A stretch of 60,394 bases of DNA, the filler included, from Trypethelium eluteriae (lineage: Eukaryota): assembly GCA_051942245.1 (NCBI GenBank). It is 4 parts of 4 records of this genome, joined end to end, with 100 filler letters (N's around TTAATTAATTAA, not from the genome) between each part and the next. Parts side by side here need not be neighbours in the genome. Positions count along the whole stretch, not along the records: positions 30,319 to 45,308 come from JAVECL010000662.1; positions 45,409 to 60,394 come from JAVECL010000663.1; 2 more parts are not named here. One strand, written 5' to 3'. The notes beneath the pieces are model-generated. The model searched no databases and had not been told where the DNA came from. It saw only the letters and a program-made list of their open reading frames with translations. Positions 37,680 through 50,450 of the stretch are shown piece by piece (the stretch's first letter is position 1; each line of letters opens with the position of its first letter). The position numbers and the translations under genes were made by a program.

Positions 37680-38686
37680 ATGATGCCTGGGAAACCCTCA
37701 ATCAGCGCTCCAATGTTCACCGACCGCGTAGAGCGTTTCACTTCCGAGGCAGGTGCTCAACGAATCTTGAACCTCGCCTTGGGCTGGGACGAAAAAGACG
37801 ACCAAGGCCACGTGAGACAGCGCCATCCACCCGAGATACAAGAAATCACGCACTTGTATATGGAGTGGGATCCCAGCTCATGGACTGAATTCCAAGATGA
37901 CGCATATGCAACTGCTTTGACTGCTTTGGGGAACTCCCGCCAAACTCTCAAGCTTCTCTCGATCAACATCCACGGCCAAGTCCGCTTCACAGAGAACGAC
38001 TACGTGCTCATTTCACCCGAATCAAAGCTGCCCAAAGACCTGTTGAAGAAGAATATGCCAGAGATCTGCAGTAACAGTAAGACTCACCTCGCATCTCCAT
38101 CGATCAAGTAAACCGACTCACCTATTTTTGGCGGTAACTAGGCTCTGTATCACACAGTCGTAGCCTCATCGAACGCCCAAGCATCGACCTCCAATGCTAT
38201 GGAGTTCGGTTTCATCGCTCCCGCAAAAACGTTGCCAATGCCCTCCTCTCTCTCCGCAACATCCGCATGGTCCGCATCACTGGTCCAATGGAGATCAATC
38301 TGCGCCGTCGCATCTTCGAACTTGTGCCCTCTGACCCGCAATCCCCTGCAAACCAGCTAAACGCAGGCCTAACACCGCGTAGTATCGCCGAGCGCACTGA
38401 GAAGATTCGTGCGTGGGAGCAGGAGATGATGACGATTCGTTTGGGCGAGGATGTGGTGAGAATTTGCACCAATACCACGGCTGATGATGAGATGGCCGCG
38501 CATGAGAATAAGAGGGCTCGAGATACGATGTACGGGGCGAGGAAGGCCGGGCTGACCATGGAGGGCCCGAGGCTGTCGGAAGAGGAGAAAGAGTGGGTGC
38601 TGCCCACAAGCAGCACCGCAAGAGTGGTTATTGGATGGAGAGCTGCTGGAAGAGTGCCAGCGTGGAATGGGCCTGGGGATGAATGA
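37680..38686 (+). CDS. Hypothetical protein, two exons
   Basis: ORF 37680-38111 splices in frame (GTAAGA at ~38077 ... TAACTAG at 38142) into ORF 38267-38686 (...ANALLSLRNIRMVRITGPM...). Protein-like composition; no family recognised. Confidence 0.55.
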
Positions 38687-38836
38687 GGAGACGCCCAAGT
38701 GAGTTTTCGTGATGAATGTGATGAATTAGCTAGATAATGAGCTTGGAGGGGAAAAAAAAGAACAGAAGTTGAGCAGCTGTGCTTGACACCCACATCAGGA
38801 TTTTTCCAGGTCAAGTCAGTGAGATTTGCCCTGTAT

Positions 38837-41568
38837 TCATAGAGAATCTTTCAATTCCACAAGCCTTTCGCTCACTGACTCTTCGCTCTGTAATGTCAAC
38901 CGTGAAGCTTTTTGGGCCACGTCGATAAGTTGCTGAAGTTTGGTATCTTTCATCGCTAAGCCCGCAACCAGTGTGCCGAGAAATGTGTCTCCAACGCCAT
39001 TGACGCTCTTAATCTGGTCCAGTGGAACTTTCGTGGCGGGAAATAGACGCATATGGATCCCACCCACTTCATTACTCCCATTGCCCCTTGATACGATCCA
39101 CCGAGCCTCGTCAGCGGATCTCAATTTTTCGTCCTTGGCGTGCAGCAGCTCAGTCACCAGGACGCCTTCTTCGCCCAATTTGACAACGATGCAGGGGCAT
39201 AGTGGGAGGAACTGTACACTCATCTGAGGTACACCTCGATCCACGAGCACTCTTCCTGCAACAGATTCGTAGGCAGCCCGAGCGCCCGAAGCTGGGATTC
39301 CAAAAGTATCAATGGTCTTCCACCAATGATCCGTTTCGAAGATTCCCCTGGATCTGGCAGCCTCATACATCTCCTCCAATTCGAGTGTATTAGGAGCCAG
39401 GAGATGTAGGCTGTGATCAGGAAAGAAGGCAGGAGTTTTAGTGCCGAGAGCTTCACGAGAGAAGAGCCGAGTTGACTTTGCTACCGAGACGGGATCTACG
39501 GCGACTTTTGCTCCCATATCTCGAGCTGCTGCAATCCACGTAGCGAGCCCTTGGGGTGCCCAATTGGTATCGAGAACTACCCATTTCGGCTTCGTGTCTT
39601 TTTGAATCGGCTCGATCCATTGTGTTTTTATCAGGGATGGATCAATCTTTTCAAGAATTTTCATATCTGCCATGGCGATATTGAGATCCTTATTAACATC
39701 ATTGACTGCTACGTACTGTGCTGTTCTCATAGTTGAAAGCTCCTTCCGGGACAATCGATACTCTCCCGATTCAGTAGTAACATCTTGGGTGCTAAGCAAT
39801 TCGGGAATTCGCTTCAATCCATTCCGAGGAAGCCCATGAGATGCAAGACTTTTGTCAATAGCATCTCCGGCGAGATCTTGACCACTGGCACTGCAGAGTA
39901 GGACATCAGAGCCCACGTAACGCGCAGCGACGGCAATGTTACGAGCAACACCTCCGACAGATTGAGTAATTCTCGATGGATTCGAGGTTCGGGCTTGCGG
40001 ATGTGTAGGAGATGGGGAATCTTCCAGTGGTTGATAATCGCATGCATAGTCCATCGCCACTGCACCTGCTACAACGATATCAGCAGATGAAAAGGACAGT
40101 TTCTTCGTCGTTAACGACTCGGCTAAAGGTGGTTGTGGTGGCATAACATTTTCATTTCTTGAAGCGAGATTGCTATGTGCAAGTCCAAGTGAGACGCCGT
40201 GAGAAGTGTAGTTGCTGGCTGCTGGGCCTATCATAACTGGCTGTGCTTGAAGACTTTGACTGCTTCCCGTAAGCGCAATCTCATGAAGATTCCAGTGCTA
40301 GACTTACGTAGCTAATTCGGAGTTCCTTGATTCTGCTAGCTTAGCAAGATGGACAGCCACCCTCGTGGCTCTGGCCACATTGGTCTCAACCAAGACCTTA
40401 TTTGCGGCGAGGCTTCTTCCGCGGGTAATCTCCCAGATTTTGGATAAGATGAAAGGGGTATTGTCCTTCCCTGAAGCACCAGCATCCCGAGCCTGCTTGA
40501 TGGCATCATTGATAGCGATATCAATTTCTGACTTGGGTATCTCATGATTCTGAGGTATTGGACTGCCAAACAATAAACCAGAAGAGATTCCAAGCGAATG
40601 TTGCGCGTCTATGAGGTCGAGATAACAAAGGTCAGTATATAACGCAGATAGGGAATGGAAGTACTAGGGCGTGGCCGATACATACAAATCATAGCCGCAG
40701 CTTGATTCTCGTCATGGACGGTCATCGGACTGGTAACTCCGCTATCTCGTGACCAGAAGGATGGAAAGTCCACCTTCTCGCCTCGTCCGTCTGCAAAGGT
40801 AGACACACCGACACCTTGTGTTTCTAGGTACTCGAGGGTTCGCGGTATGTCGAGGAAACTTTTGCAGCCACTGCTAATAACCGCGACTGGTGTCCTTCCG
40901 AGTTCAGTCAAATCAGCAGAAATGTCCATGCTACTTTCTACACCTCGATGGACTCCGCCGAGACCACCCGTAGCAAAAACTTTGATACCAGCAAGATGCG
41001 CGAGGATCATGGTGCCTGCAACGGTCGTGCCACCGTTAACGGATTTACCTACTAAGTGCTTGATGGACATGAGAACCGGCAATCGAGCCACGAATGTAGA
41101 AGTGGCGAAGCAAGAGAAATCATACCATCCCAGTTGCGAAGCTCAAATCACGTCTGGATAACTTGAGCGTGGAAGACTCTCCAGCCGAAGAGGTGAGCTT
41201 GGCAAGTTCCTCCGCAGACAAGCCTACGCATGCCTGCCCATCTAAGATCCCTATGGTGGCTGGCACTCCTCCATATTGGCGGACAATGGATTCTAATTGA
41301 AATGCAAGCGAAACATTGTCTGGCTTTGGGAAGCCTAAGAACCAGATGAGAAAGGGCAAACTGGAGAATGTGAAGGTTGCGAACCATGGGTATATATGGT
41401 AGATTCTAAGGCGATGACTGGTTTGTTAGTCGAAAGTGCATCTTCAACTTCGCTGGATATCTTCAGAAAGCTAGATCTTGTGCTTTGCCATCTGCGTAGA
41501 TATCGATGTCCCCCTAATCTACGCTCTTCCCGAAGGGCGCGTTTCATAGAGATGCAGGATAGACTCAT
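38837..41568 (-). CDS. Pseudouridine-5'-phosphate glycosidase (PsuG/IndA) fused to PfkB-family (pseudouridine) kinase
   Basis: N-domain: VIALESTIYTHG, VPATIG, GGTTVAGTM, VFATGGLGGVHRG, DISADLTELGRT, GCKS, GKDNTPF. C-domain: GGVARN, APNTLEL, VKLGEEG, SVNGVGDTFLG. About four introns. Arg-rich N-terminus could be a mitochondrial presequence. Start at 41568 or 41547. Confidence 0.9.
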
Positions 41569-41848
41569 CTCGAATATGAGCCTAGAGCTTGTCACTCATC
41601 GCATGCTTTTTGGGGTTGATCGGATTCTAATCGTGAAAGTGAATGTGGATTGTTCGTGACGTGCACAAGATGTTGATGCTTCAATGTTGTCTCTCGGACT
41701 CGGGCCCTTGTCTGGAGCACTTCTTAGAGGGAAGGTGTAGCGAGAATGCCACGACTCCAGCTTCAGAGCTCCGGCTTCAGAATCGAGCCAGCAACATTTC
41801 CCCGACTCTGATCAATCCATATTCTGGAGGACCGCCAGAACCAGCAAT

Positions 41849-43448
41849 ATGAGGTCCTCCGTCCTTTCATTTGCTTGCTTTGCCGCAATTGCACCCCTTT
41901 GCGCTGCGGCCCCGAATATTTCTAAGCCGCTGTCATCGAAACAAATATTGCCAAGCAATTTTAAACCACCACAGGTCTTCAAAAACGCCAACCTCGTGCG
42001 TAATGTCAACCTTGAAAAGAGCTATCCAAGAGAAACAGTCAATGTAGTCATCGAAAACATCGATTCAAGTCCACAGTCTGAGTACTACCTTCCGTTCGAG
42101 CCGGGGACCATTGAGAGAATTGGAGGCTTGGAAGTGAGGGACAAGAAGAATGCAGAGGCAGGCCCATTCCAGGTGGAGACGGCTGAATACGATAGCTACA
42201 GGTTAGTGATGGAATTGGCATCGAATTGTGCGACGACGGAACTAACAGAATCCTCCCAGCCCTACCGAATTCTATCTCATTCACCTTCCCACTCCTCTGG
42301 CCTCGAAAGCGCAACAGACTTTAAGCATTAGCTATAATGTCCTTTCGGCCCTCTCGCCTCTTCCCACCGCCATCGCTCAGACAGACAAGCAATACCTGCA
42401 ATATACTTTCTCTGCTCACACCCCATCCGCTTACTCAACGGACAACCAGAAGACCAAGCTGAAATTTCCCTCCTCTGATGTGCCTGATTATACAATCATT
42501 CCGGGAACTTCCGGTAGCACAAGTGAGGATCCCCAGGTTCAAGGCTCGTCTTTTACCTATGGCCCCTACGAAAAAACTCCCGCCGGATCAACTCTCCCCG
42601 TCACCGTGCGATACGAGTTCACGAAGCCTGTTCTGCACACGGCTCATCTTCAACGCGATATCTATGTATCGCATTGGGGTGGTGCTATGATGGTCGAAGA
42701 GCTCTACAACCCACTTATGAACATCGGCGCAAAGCTCAAAGAACAATTTAGTCGTGTCGAATGGCAACGTGCGGCATACTACAACCCGCCATCCGCTGCA
42801 CTGAAAGAGATGAAATTTCCACTCACGCCGGGATCCAGTGATGCATATGTGGTGGATGATATTGGGAATGTTAGTACGACGCACTGGCGCAGTGGACCGA
42901 GGGAAGCGCTGCTTGAACTGAGGCCGAGATATCCAATTTTCGGGGACTGGAGGTACAAGTTTCAAGTTGGCTGGAATGCCGAGTTGAAAGAGTATCTTCG
43001 TAACATTGGCGGTGATCGATTCGTGCTCAAGGTTCCATTCATCGAGGGACCAAAGATGAGCGAAGGATTGGAATACGAAAGGGTTGAAGTTCGCGTGATT
43101 TTGCCTGAGGGCGCCACGTACGTGCACACTTATCACTATCCTTGCCGATCTGTGCAAGCTAACAGGTATTACAGTAACGTCGAGTTTTCAACGTCGATCC
43201 CAACTCTGACAAACTCCACGACGCTCTACCGAACGTACATGGATACTGTTGGCCGGACGACGCTCACTCTTGTTGCCCAGAACGTTGTGGATGGACAGCG
43301 AGAATCTGACCTCTACATCACTTATGAGTACCCTTGGACCGCCGGATTTCGCAAGCCCTTGACTATTTTCACAGGTTTGGTTGCCGTGTTTGGCGCCACT
43401 TGGGCCATTGGGCAATTAGACGTGAGCATTGGGAAGAAGAATGTTTGA
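41849..43448 (+). CDS. OST1: Oligosaccharyltransferase subunit 1 (ribophorin I)
   Basis: Signal peptide, FKPPQVFKNANLVRNVNLEKSY, RDIYVSHWGG, DDIGNVSTT, LRPRYPIFGDW, YMDTVGRT, C-terminal TM and KKxx ER-retrieval end (GKKNV). Introns ~42202-42259 and ~43118-43174. Confidence 0.93.
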
Positions 43449-43761
43449 AGACTTTAACAGACTCATGTAGTTTTTATATATGTAGCAATATATGGTTTTC
43501 GTACGTAATGCTGCTCTCTTCATTCTGTGACAGGGCCACTCTACAAGATACATTATTGTAGGTTATATCTCTCAACACCATTGACCAGTGCCCACGAAAA
43601 CTAACGAGATGATGAAAAAAAAACCATGCATATATGTCTCAATTTCCATGGGACACCATCTTCCCATTAAGGACAACAAGTTACACACGTGTGTGTGGTG
43701 AATGTCACCGAGACGCCAACTCACAACGAGCGCCACTAACGAGCAAAAATCAAAAAGAAAG

Positions 43762-43968
43762 AGTCAGTAGCTGCGACTCGAACCCAGAGCCTATGGATCA
43801 GCATTAAAAAGAGCAAAACTCTAGGAAAGGGTACAGTTTTGTTATTTCGTACCCCTTAGTGGGCCCAGAGAAATCCCGCGGAGGACGCACCAAGGCGGGA
43901 TTTTTTGAAGCAGCCGTCGGGCCACAGATGAGACAACTCACGTTCTGTGACCACTCGGCCAGCGCTTG
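43762..43968 (-). ncRNA. Putative Pol III-transcribed tRNA-like structured RNA (not a canonical tRNA)
   Basis: On the minus strand: A box TGGCCGAGTGG (43951-43961), B box GGTTCGAGTC (43775-43784), TATATATA ~25-30 nt upstream (43992-44000), and T-runs just downstream (43745-43760). Several stems lie between the boxes. The acceptor stem does not pair. Confidence 0.5.
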
Positions 43969-45308
43969 TAATTATGATCTGTGAAAGTTTCATATATATA
44001 CTCTCACTTTTTGGGGGTCCGACGAGGCCGTCGACGCCAGTGGCTCATTCTTCTAATAGGTTTTCTGATATTCCTGCAATTGGTACACATTGACGAAAAG
44101 TTGAAAGCATCTACATGGAATTATGAACTAAATAGTGGTTCTTGAGGCGTTGGAAAGGTTGGTGGTGATTCCGTTGATGGTAATATCATACTATCAAAGA
44201 AAGGTAACCCACACATATCTTAGCTGTGAGTGCTGCGCCTACCACATTATTGTGAGCCAACGTAACAGAACAAGCATGGCTCGGCGGACCTTCTCAATAG
44301 TGTCATTACTACGTCCATTGCACCCCAAGACTACTATTTCGCTTTCCGAAGAGGAGGCGTGTCAAGGGAGCAGCATGCCGATTATTTGTTTCATTGTCGC
44401 AGAGAAAATGCGCGATCCGATGGTTCAATTATGTGGTTATTCCATGCTCTAACATGAAAGCATATTGATAAAATTTTAACTCTATGATAGTGAAGCTGAT
44501 TTTATCGTCGAACATTGATAAAGAAAATTCCTACCCCAAGACGTTGGAAGAGATACTCCATGCTCACCGATAATTTTCCGAGCAGGTTACCTAAGACCCA
44601 ATCATCTACGGGATATGACCACGTTTTGGCCGTCAAAATGCTCGCAATATTTTGTCGATGGAGCCACACTGTCTAAAGAGCTACACGTCGCTCTCCATCT
44701 TTCGAGATATCGGGGACGCATACTCTACCAGCTGCCAGGAAGGTCGTCGGACCCTCCTCCAGCCTCGTTGTGAGGATAGAGTTGTAACGCGCAGGTGAAT
44801 CCTGCGACACAGGCTTCTTCACATCAATTCCTTGACAATTTGTCATGAAAAGCGCATTCAGATCTTCTTCGATCAGCCGGTGTTGATGAGTAAGGTGTGA
44901 TCTTGAGATATGTCATTATGTTGTGGGCCTCGTCCTTTCCGCGTTACCGTACGACTCCTGATCCGATCTTTGCCCTTTCCGGTATATGTTCCTCGCATAC
45001 AAGGTTCTCGGCCTCAGAGAACCTCCGACTTTACATTTGACATACTCTGTATATGTAATATGAAATGAAAAGTGAGTCGGCTGAAGGAATTAAATCCATA
45101 TTATCCGCATCCAAATGTAACCTGGAATCTCAACGCAAAAAGCAACGGTAGGCGAAGGGATGGCCATAATAGTAACACACAAGTCGCTCTCCCATTCCAA
45201 TTTCCTAACCTCCAAGTATCTCCTCATTATCTCGTTACACCCCTTTACGACATCAGGCCCAGAGCAAAAGATCACAACAGCCATGACCTCGCAGCCTCCC
45301 TCCAGCCC

Positions 45309-45408
45309 NNNNNNNNNNNNNNNNNNNNNNNNNNNNNNNNNNNNNNNNNNNNTTAATTAATTAANNNNNNNNNNNNNNNNNNNNNNNNNNNNNNNNNNNN
45401 NNNNNNNN
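45309..45408. other. Artificial contig-joining linker N44-TTAATTAATTAA-N44
   Basis: Same 100-nt linker. Confidence 0.98.
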
Positions 45409-48400
45409 CCCTGCCCAACGCCTTTCCTCCTCCCCGGCTTCGCCACCTTCTCGCCCCGCGCCTCCCTCTCCCGTTCCTCCACCTCCCGCCGCTCGATCTC
45501 CTCCGCCTGCTCGTCGTCCGCAAGCCAGAGCGCGATGTCCTTGTTTCGATTCTCACGACTGCGCGTGTTGAAGTCGACGCCCGCCGGCTTGCCATCGGCC
45601 GTCGTCGCGCCGCCGCTGATGACCACCCGCTGCACCTCTTCCTTCTGCAGCGCCCGCTTTCGGATGCGCTCCTCGATCGTGCCGCGCGTGATCATGCGGT
45701 ACACGGTGACCTGCCTGGTCTGGCCGAGACGGTGGGCGCGGTCCATGGCTTGGGAGTCGATGGTCGGATTCCAGTCGGAGTCGTAGAAGATGACCGTATC
45801 GGCGCTCGTGAGGTTAATGCCGAGACCGCCGGCGCGGGTGCTGAGGAGGAAGACGAAGATCTCGGGCCGGGTCTGGAAGTCGGCGACCGTGTCGCGACGA
45901 TCTTCGAGCTTGGTGCTACCGTCGAGCCGGCAGTACTTGTAGTTGCGGTAGGTGAGGTATTCTTCCATGAGGTCAATCATGCGCGTCATCTGGAAGTACA
46001 GCAGCACGCGATGGCCGCCTTCCTTAAGTTGCTTCAGAAGTTGGTCCAATTTGGCGAGCTTGCCGCTGTCGGTGACGAAGCGGCGCATGCTGGGGACGCT
46101 GATTTCGGTGTACCGCTTTTTCTCAGAAATGGGTGCCGGCAGCATATTCGAGGGCGGAAGATGGGCAGGATCAGACTTCGTCTCGAGAAGACGTGATTCG
46201 ACCAGCGTTGGACAAGGATAGAGAGCTTGACGGATTGCGGGATTGAAGAAGATATTCTCCTTCTCGAAATTTGCATTTTGGCTGGAACAGAACAGCTCAA
46301 CAGGAGGCGCGGAGGCTGCAGGCCGGGCGCAAGGTTCAACACTCGATAGGCAGGCATCGTCGAAGGAGGCACGTGAGATGTTCATAAGGTGGTGCAGTCG
46401 GCCTTCATTTGTTGCCTCGGCCAGCGGTTTTCGGGCATTCCTGTCGATGATGTTCAACATAGCATGTGTAGGCGCATAGCTGTTCTTCTCGTCATCGTCA
46501 TCAAATGCCACTCTAAGCCTACCCAGATCACGGTGATTCTGCCGTAGGTCGATTGCGCGATCGATGATGCTTTTCGATGTTGCTGAGGATACCTCATTGA
46601 TAGAGGTGTCCGTTAATCGGAGCCAGGAAAATGCGTCCAGGCCTTGAGAGTTCTTTTTGATGTTCTCCGGAGTCCACACATTCATCATGTGATATAAGTA
46701 CTTGTTTCTCCATCCAGCTCGATCATTGTCCGGACCGGGGAGATCAAGTCTCCCACCTTTCTGACCCACCAGGCGAGGAACCTTGAATTCAATAAGATTA
46801 CGGACAGAGTATCGCACGGCCGTATTGTTGCCCTCGCGCATGAAGGAAGCCGTCTCGGCCCAGTATGAGAATGACACGGGCGATGTAGTTTCAGCGCGTT
46901 CGAAAAGATCTGGGTGGTTGCAAACTTTACGAAATTGCATGACCAAATTCATTAAGGTAGCCGTGTCCTGATCGTCACCAACCGCTGCCTTCTCAATAAG
47001 ATCCATGATGCTAATCTTGTTCCGAAGATTCGTGTAGTATGCACGTTGCCGGTAAGTAAGGTCGCAAAAGACGTCCTCTTCGATCTTGTCTCCAAGTTCC
47101 TTTTGTACATGTTTCTTGATACGACGAAGCATGAAAGGCTTTAGGATCATGTGGAGACGCTTGAGCTGATCCTCATTCAGTTTCGTGTTACTCTGTGCAT
47201 GACTTTCAATATCTTTGGAGAACCAGTCGCTGAATTCGTCGTGTGAGTCGAACAAGCTAGGCATGATGAAATGTAGCAAGGCCCACAGCTCCTGCATGTT
47301 ATTTTGGATGGGTGTACCCGTAAGTAGTAGTCGATTTCGGCAGTGGAAACCAAGCAGCGCCTTCCATCGAGAGCTTTGCGACGACTTAATCGCCTGGGCT
47401 TCGTCCAAAATCATGTACTGCCAACGGATCTTCTGAAAGTATTGTGTATCCATGACCACGAGCTGATATGAGGTAACCAAGACGTGGAATGGTGAGTCCT
47501 TACTGTAGGTGATATGCTTCCTGTCCCAAAATTTCCGAAGAACCTTTCTATCTTTTGCATTGCCCCAGTAGGGCAAGACTTTGAGATCTGGTACAAATCT
47601 GGTAATTTCTTGCTGCCAATTGTGGAGTGTGGAAGCGGGAGCGATGACTAGGAAGGGGCCCCAGATGTCGTGAACTTCAGCCAGATAGGCCATCACGGAG
47701 ATTGACTGTACAGTCTTGCCCAAACCCATTTCATCCGCCAGAATACCATTGATACCTTGCTCGTACAGGTTGACGAGCCAGTTAAGCCCTTTGAGCTGGT
47801 ATTCCTTGAGCTGAGCAGCAAGCATCTTCGGCTGTGCGACGTCCATGTTTTGTAGACTGGTAGGGTTTTGAAAGTTCATCTCACCTTCATCAAAATCGGA
47901 CATTTGGTTCTGGCCGTCATTGTTGAAGGCGCGGGCTCGATCCTGAGCCTCCTTGACAGCATTCTGCGCATTGGCCATGGCGGCTTGCCGAAGTACAGTC
48001 TCGTCTTCGGCATCGAAATCCAAGTTTTCAAAATTAGTGACCTTGGTGCCGATGTCGCCCAGAGTATCCGGTAGATCGATTTCCTTGGTAGCATGAACGT
48101 TCTCTTTGATCGTCTGCTTGGACACATCAACTTCATCTGTCGAGCGTTCGACCTCGTCCGTCTTAACCTTCTTCCCGATGAAATGAGAGTACAGTTCAGT
48201 CTGTGAGATGAGGAAGTTGAGCTTGCGCTTTTGCCGGTTCGCTTCGCGCTCCGCCTCAGCCTTCTTTGCATTTTCAAGTTCTTGCCGCTCCGCGTTCTTC
48301 CGCTGGTCACGTTCGTCTCGTTCATTGCGTTTCCAGAAGGACAGCATCTCCCGCATGACACGCTTGGCCCTGGCCTGAGCCTCTTTCATGCTCTTGTTCG

Positions 48401-50450
48401 TCTTGAGCTGCCATCTCCTGGCCTCTTTCGAAGCAAGTTGGGCGGTCTTGCGAAGGTTCGACTGCTTTGTTTGGTAAGATTCATTTTTGATGCGAACGAC
48501 TTTTGGCACGTCCTTTCTTGCAATATCGCGCCAGATTTGTTCGTAGAGTTGATTGTAGCCTTTCGATACATATGGAACGTAGTCTGATGGCGTCGACTCT
48601 TTGGTATGGCTATACTCACGGCGCAGTGTTTCTCGGCGCAGGTCGTCTTTGGGAGCGATCATGACCAGATCACTGTCACGTTCCATTGCAGCGTGGGCAG
48701 CAGCTGCATTGTCTTTCTCCATTTGCTTCTGCTCTTTACTCTTCTTGAGCCGGACTCCAGCCCGCCGCTTCTTCGGTAGTTCGCCACTGTCAGCGGCATT
48801 GAAGGTGCTCATCATACCGCCCTCCAAGTTGGGGGCAATGGGTGTGACTTCCCGGAATTCCTTGGCAGGAAGCGTGCCATGTAACAACTGGTTGGTGAGC
48901 TTAGCCTTCCGGTCAGCCTTGTTTGCTTCACGAATGAATTTATCGCGCTCAGCCTCATCGACAGTCTGAGCTGCACGTGCCATTGCTTCCTCCCGTTTCT
49001 GGTTCTCACTCTGGATAGTCTTTTCACGGCGACGCTTTCGCTGCATGTCCTTCTTCCGTTCCTTCTCATCAGACTTTTCGCGATCCTGAACCTCTATCCA
49101 TGCGCTGGATTCGTTTTCTTTGACATAACGATCCCGAGCAGCAACAGCATGCTGACCAAAAACATCCAGAAATCGAACCGCTTGAAGAGTTCGTCGTCGC
49201 TGTCAAGAAACATCAGCCATGCTTTGCAGATTTTGCTTGAGCTAGGGTTGTCTTACCTTGCGTCTCTGATCTTCATGGTATTCAATATCCAGTGCACGTT
49301 TTCTGCTAGCGAGTAAGTATGCAGCCCGATGCTCCTCAAAACCTGTCGCTTCGAGGTCACTGTCCTCCATTGCTTCGATTCTTGCGTATTCGGCCTCAAC
49401 TTCGCGATGAGTAGTGATTTTAGTTTTGGCCGGACGTTTCGGCAGGAGTGGCTCAACGAGTGGCGGTGCGTGATTAACTTCGACTCGATCGCGAAGTGGT
49501 GGTCGCTCAGTTGAACGGGGAGATTGATCTACGCCGTTGACGTTAGGCTTGTGTTCGGTGGTGGGACTATCAGTGTATTCCCCTTTGATGTTAGGATAGT
49601 GAATGCTGGATGACTTTGGCCTGCGCCGATCTTCTTTTGGTGATTGTTCAGTGCGTGAGGGAGTTGGGGCAGGGTCGGCGTGAGAGCTAGTGAGGATGCT
49701 TGAGAGCGCCATTGGTCCTGAACCCCGACTTGGGGTCTTTGTTCCCATTAGCGAGATATGTTGAGAATAACGGGCTTGCGGCAAGACACTCACGCCCTGC
49801 GATGGCGGCCGCTGCTCCACCGCCTGTGGCAGCCCACGAGCCACATTGTTGTATCCGTTTGGTGACATAGTTGATGCAGCACGGGGGCTTGCGGAGTGAT
49901 GTGGATGTGCGTGCGGCGGGGGATGAGTCGGTGATTGCTTGGGATACTGTTGAAGTACGGGTGATGGGTGTGCTGAGTTGGGTTGATCGCGTTGCAATGG
50001 AGGCAAGGCTTGCGTCTCTCGTTTCTAGTGTGTAAAATTTTAGATCAGCCTAAGCAAACTTTATACAATCAGAACAATAGGAGCGCGATGTCATCAACTG
50101 TTTCATCAGGCATCACCTTCGACGATGGGGGAGATTACCTCGACGGGGGATTGAGCAGAATAGCGCGTGCTGTTGTAACTTATCGGACCATCACCATGAT
50201 CTGAAGTTGGATCGTAATATCCACTCGATGGCCTGTCGCGAGGATGTGCAGCCGCGCCGTTGATAGCAGGAAATGCTCGCGTGGATGGAGATGCTGGTTG
50301 ACTGTGGTGGACGCTTGCTATACCGGCTGAAGGAGGTCTTGGTCCGGCACTGGACAGGCCGCGGTGGTGTGAGCCATTCTGAGGCGAGTATGCAAAGTTC
50401 GGTTGGGTTGGCGAGTGAGCCGCATAACCCGGCGTCTGCTCCCCAGGCAT
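45409..50450 (-). CDS. INO80: Chromatin-remodelling ATPase INO80; last codons cut by the contig edge
   Basis: DBINO region ([16 protein letters not shown]...[20 protein letters not shown]), Walker [19 protein letters not shown], split ATPase insertion, and helicase-[12 protein letters not shown]...[11 protein letters not shown]. Low-complexity N-terminal exons 50450-50136 and ~50027-49257; start position less certain. Confidence 0.95.

Noticed and set aside
43762..43968. Canonical tRNA or tRNA-Sec gene
   Set aside because: Acceptor and anticodon stems do not pair, the T-stem has a G-G mismatch, and no TCA anticodon loop sits in the proper position. Kept only as a tRNA-like element.
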